Assembly (NCBI RefSeq): GCF_963921235.1
Contig: NC_086098.1
Location: forward strand, 155,496,001 to 155,560,000
Length of the DNA: 64,000 bases
Direction: 5' to 3'
Origin: Mobula hypostoma
Taxonomy: Eukaryota
Position numbers and translations under genes: made by a program. How positions within the stretch are numbered: position 1 is the first letter of the stretch; the number at the start of each line of letters is the position of its first letter. The notes under the pieces were generated by a model. It saw nothing but the letters and a program-made list of their open reading frames with translations. It had not been told where the DNA came from and did not search any database. Below are positions 62,627 to 64,000 of the stretch, one piece after another.

Positions 62627-63291
62627 AGAGATTTGAGTGTTCAAGTGAGCTGACGCCGTTCGATCTTCTCGTTGTCCTCAGAAATCCTTTAAAAGTCACC
62701 GACTGTGACTTTAGCAAAGGGGACCGGTTTTCTGTGGTGGAGCTATCCCCCAGGCCAAGGTGGACACATGGATAACTCCTCACCAGTCAACCCTTTTCCT
62801 CTTTCCACTGCAAGAGCTACTGATCGATCCGCCTGATCGATCCTCCAAAACCCACTTTTCCTGCGGGCACAACAATGCTCATTCAGTGTCCAGAGCATGT
62901 GTCTGAGGTCTATCATCTGACCTCCTATTTTATCTTCTCGTGCTGAGCATCAATTGTCATTCAAATAACTCCTCCTTCCTCTCTTTGTGAAGAAATGCAA
63001 GCAGGCAAAAGTCCTTGAGGAGTGTCAACAACCTGCCGGGAATCATAACATCGAGTGTCCATTATTTAACACCGCCTTCGGTCACCATAGCAACTTACAA
63101 GCTGCTCGGTGCCATCTCCAACTCCAACTCAGCAGAAATCCAAAAGTTACTTCCAGTGCATTAAAGTGACAGTCCAACAGTTAGTCTTAGTCTCTCTCTC
63201 TCTCTTTTCAAAACAACATATCGGTGTTATATAACTCTCTCTCTCTTTTTCAAAAGCACAGTTCATAGGGGTAAATCAGGACCCCGTCACA
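62295..63291 (-). repeat. 5' LTR (997 bp)
   Basis: TGT..ACA ends, adjacent PBS, TSD on the outer side. Confidence 0.92.
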
Positions 63292-63319
63292 TTGTAAACA
63301 CTGATCATGAATGTACTTT

Positions 63320-64000
63320 GAAATTTGAAAGAAGGGTACGGCTTGCCAACACCTATCCCGACAGTCTTTAGTGCCCTACCGTTCACTGTGTAAGATCTAC
63401 TCTGGTTGGCGCTACCAAAGGTCAACACCTTGCACTTGTCAGCATTAAATTCCATCTGTTATTTTTTAGCCCATTTTTTGTACTGGGCCAGATCCCTCCA
63501 GAAGCTCTGATAGTCTTCGTCACTATACACTACACTCCCAAATTTGAAGTCAACCACAAATTTGCTGATCTAGATAACCACATTATCAACCAGGTCATTG
63601 ATATAGATGACAAAGAACAACGGACCCAGCATCAATCGCTGCGACACTCCAATAGTCACAGGCGTCCAGTAAGAGATCTAACCATGTAAAGTCATTCTCC
63701 AGTTTCTCCCACAAAGTCAATGTCTAATCCATTTAATTACCTAAACTTTAATACTGATCAACTTGACCTTCTTAACCAGTCTCCCATGCGGGACCTTTTC
63801 AAATGCCTTGTAGACAACATCCACTGCCTCGCCTTCATCCAATTTCCTGGTAACTTCCTCGAAAAACTTGGTTCGTCTCGACTTACCACGCACAAAGCCA
63901 TGCTGACCATCCCTAATCAATCTCTCTCCATCCAAATACTCATATATTTGGTCTCTTAGAACAACCTCCCAACAACTTTACCACGACTGATGTCAGGGTC
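63320..64000 (-). mobile_element. Degraded CR1 RT fragment running off the window
   Basis: LIRDGQHGFVRGKS..FFEEVT...AVDVVY.AFEKVPHGRL. Confidence 0.8.

Larger units (their letters stand above)
54321..63291 (-). mobile_element. Gmr1-like Gypsy LTR retrotransposon (gag-PR-INT-RT-RH), defective, with nested insertions
   Basis: Two related LTRs with TGT..ACA ends, 4-bp TSD TTGT (54317-54320 and 63292-63295), PBS, PPT, and gag/pol relics on the minus strand. Confidence 0.93.

Overview
Vertebrate genomic DNA, most likely a cartilaginous fish (probably a ray/batoid; inferred from the CR1/Penelope/Rex1-rich repeat content and from the immunoglobulin type). There are two host genes, arranged convergently. 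(1) The last four coding exons of HIRA on the + strand (3278-9438). (2) One complete, apparently functional immunoglobulin light-chain cluster on the - strand: octamer promoter, leader, a V already joined in frame to J with no RSS, and a single C exon (36801-39469). The C is of the elasmobranch lambda (type II) kind. The V/J looks atypical, closer to tetrapod V-lambda-5/VpreB and J-lambda, and no second cluster is visible in the window. This solitary pre-joined lambda gene next to HIRA (linked to IGL on human 22q11) is the most interesting element. The rest is transposon-derived. It includes a near-full-length young CR1 (12.6-16.9 kb), many older CR1/L2/Rex1/Nimb relics, hAT elements, two solo LTRs, a 46-bp minisatellite with a 276-bp higher-order repeat, and a Penelope-type minimal hammerhead ribozyme motif. 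It also includes a 9-kb Gmr1-like Gypsy LTR element (integrase before RT) carrying three nested insertions. One 161-N assembly gap is present. Protein and repeat family assignments are from recall of family motifs, not from database searches, and the boundaries of old repeats are approximate.
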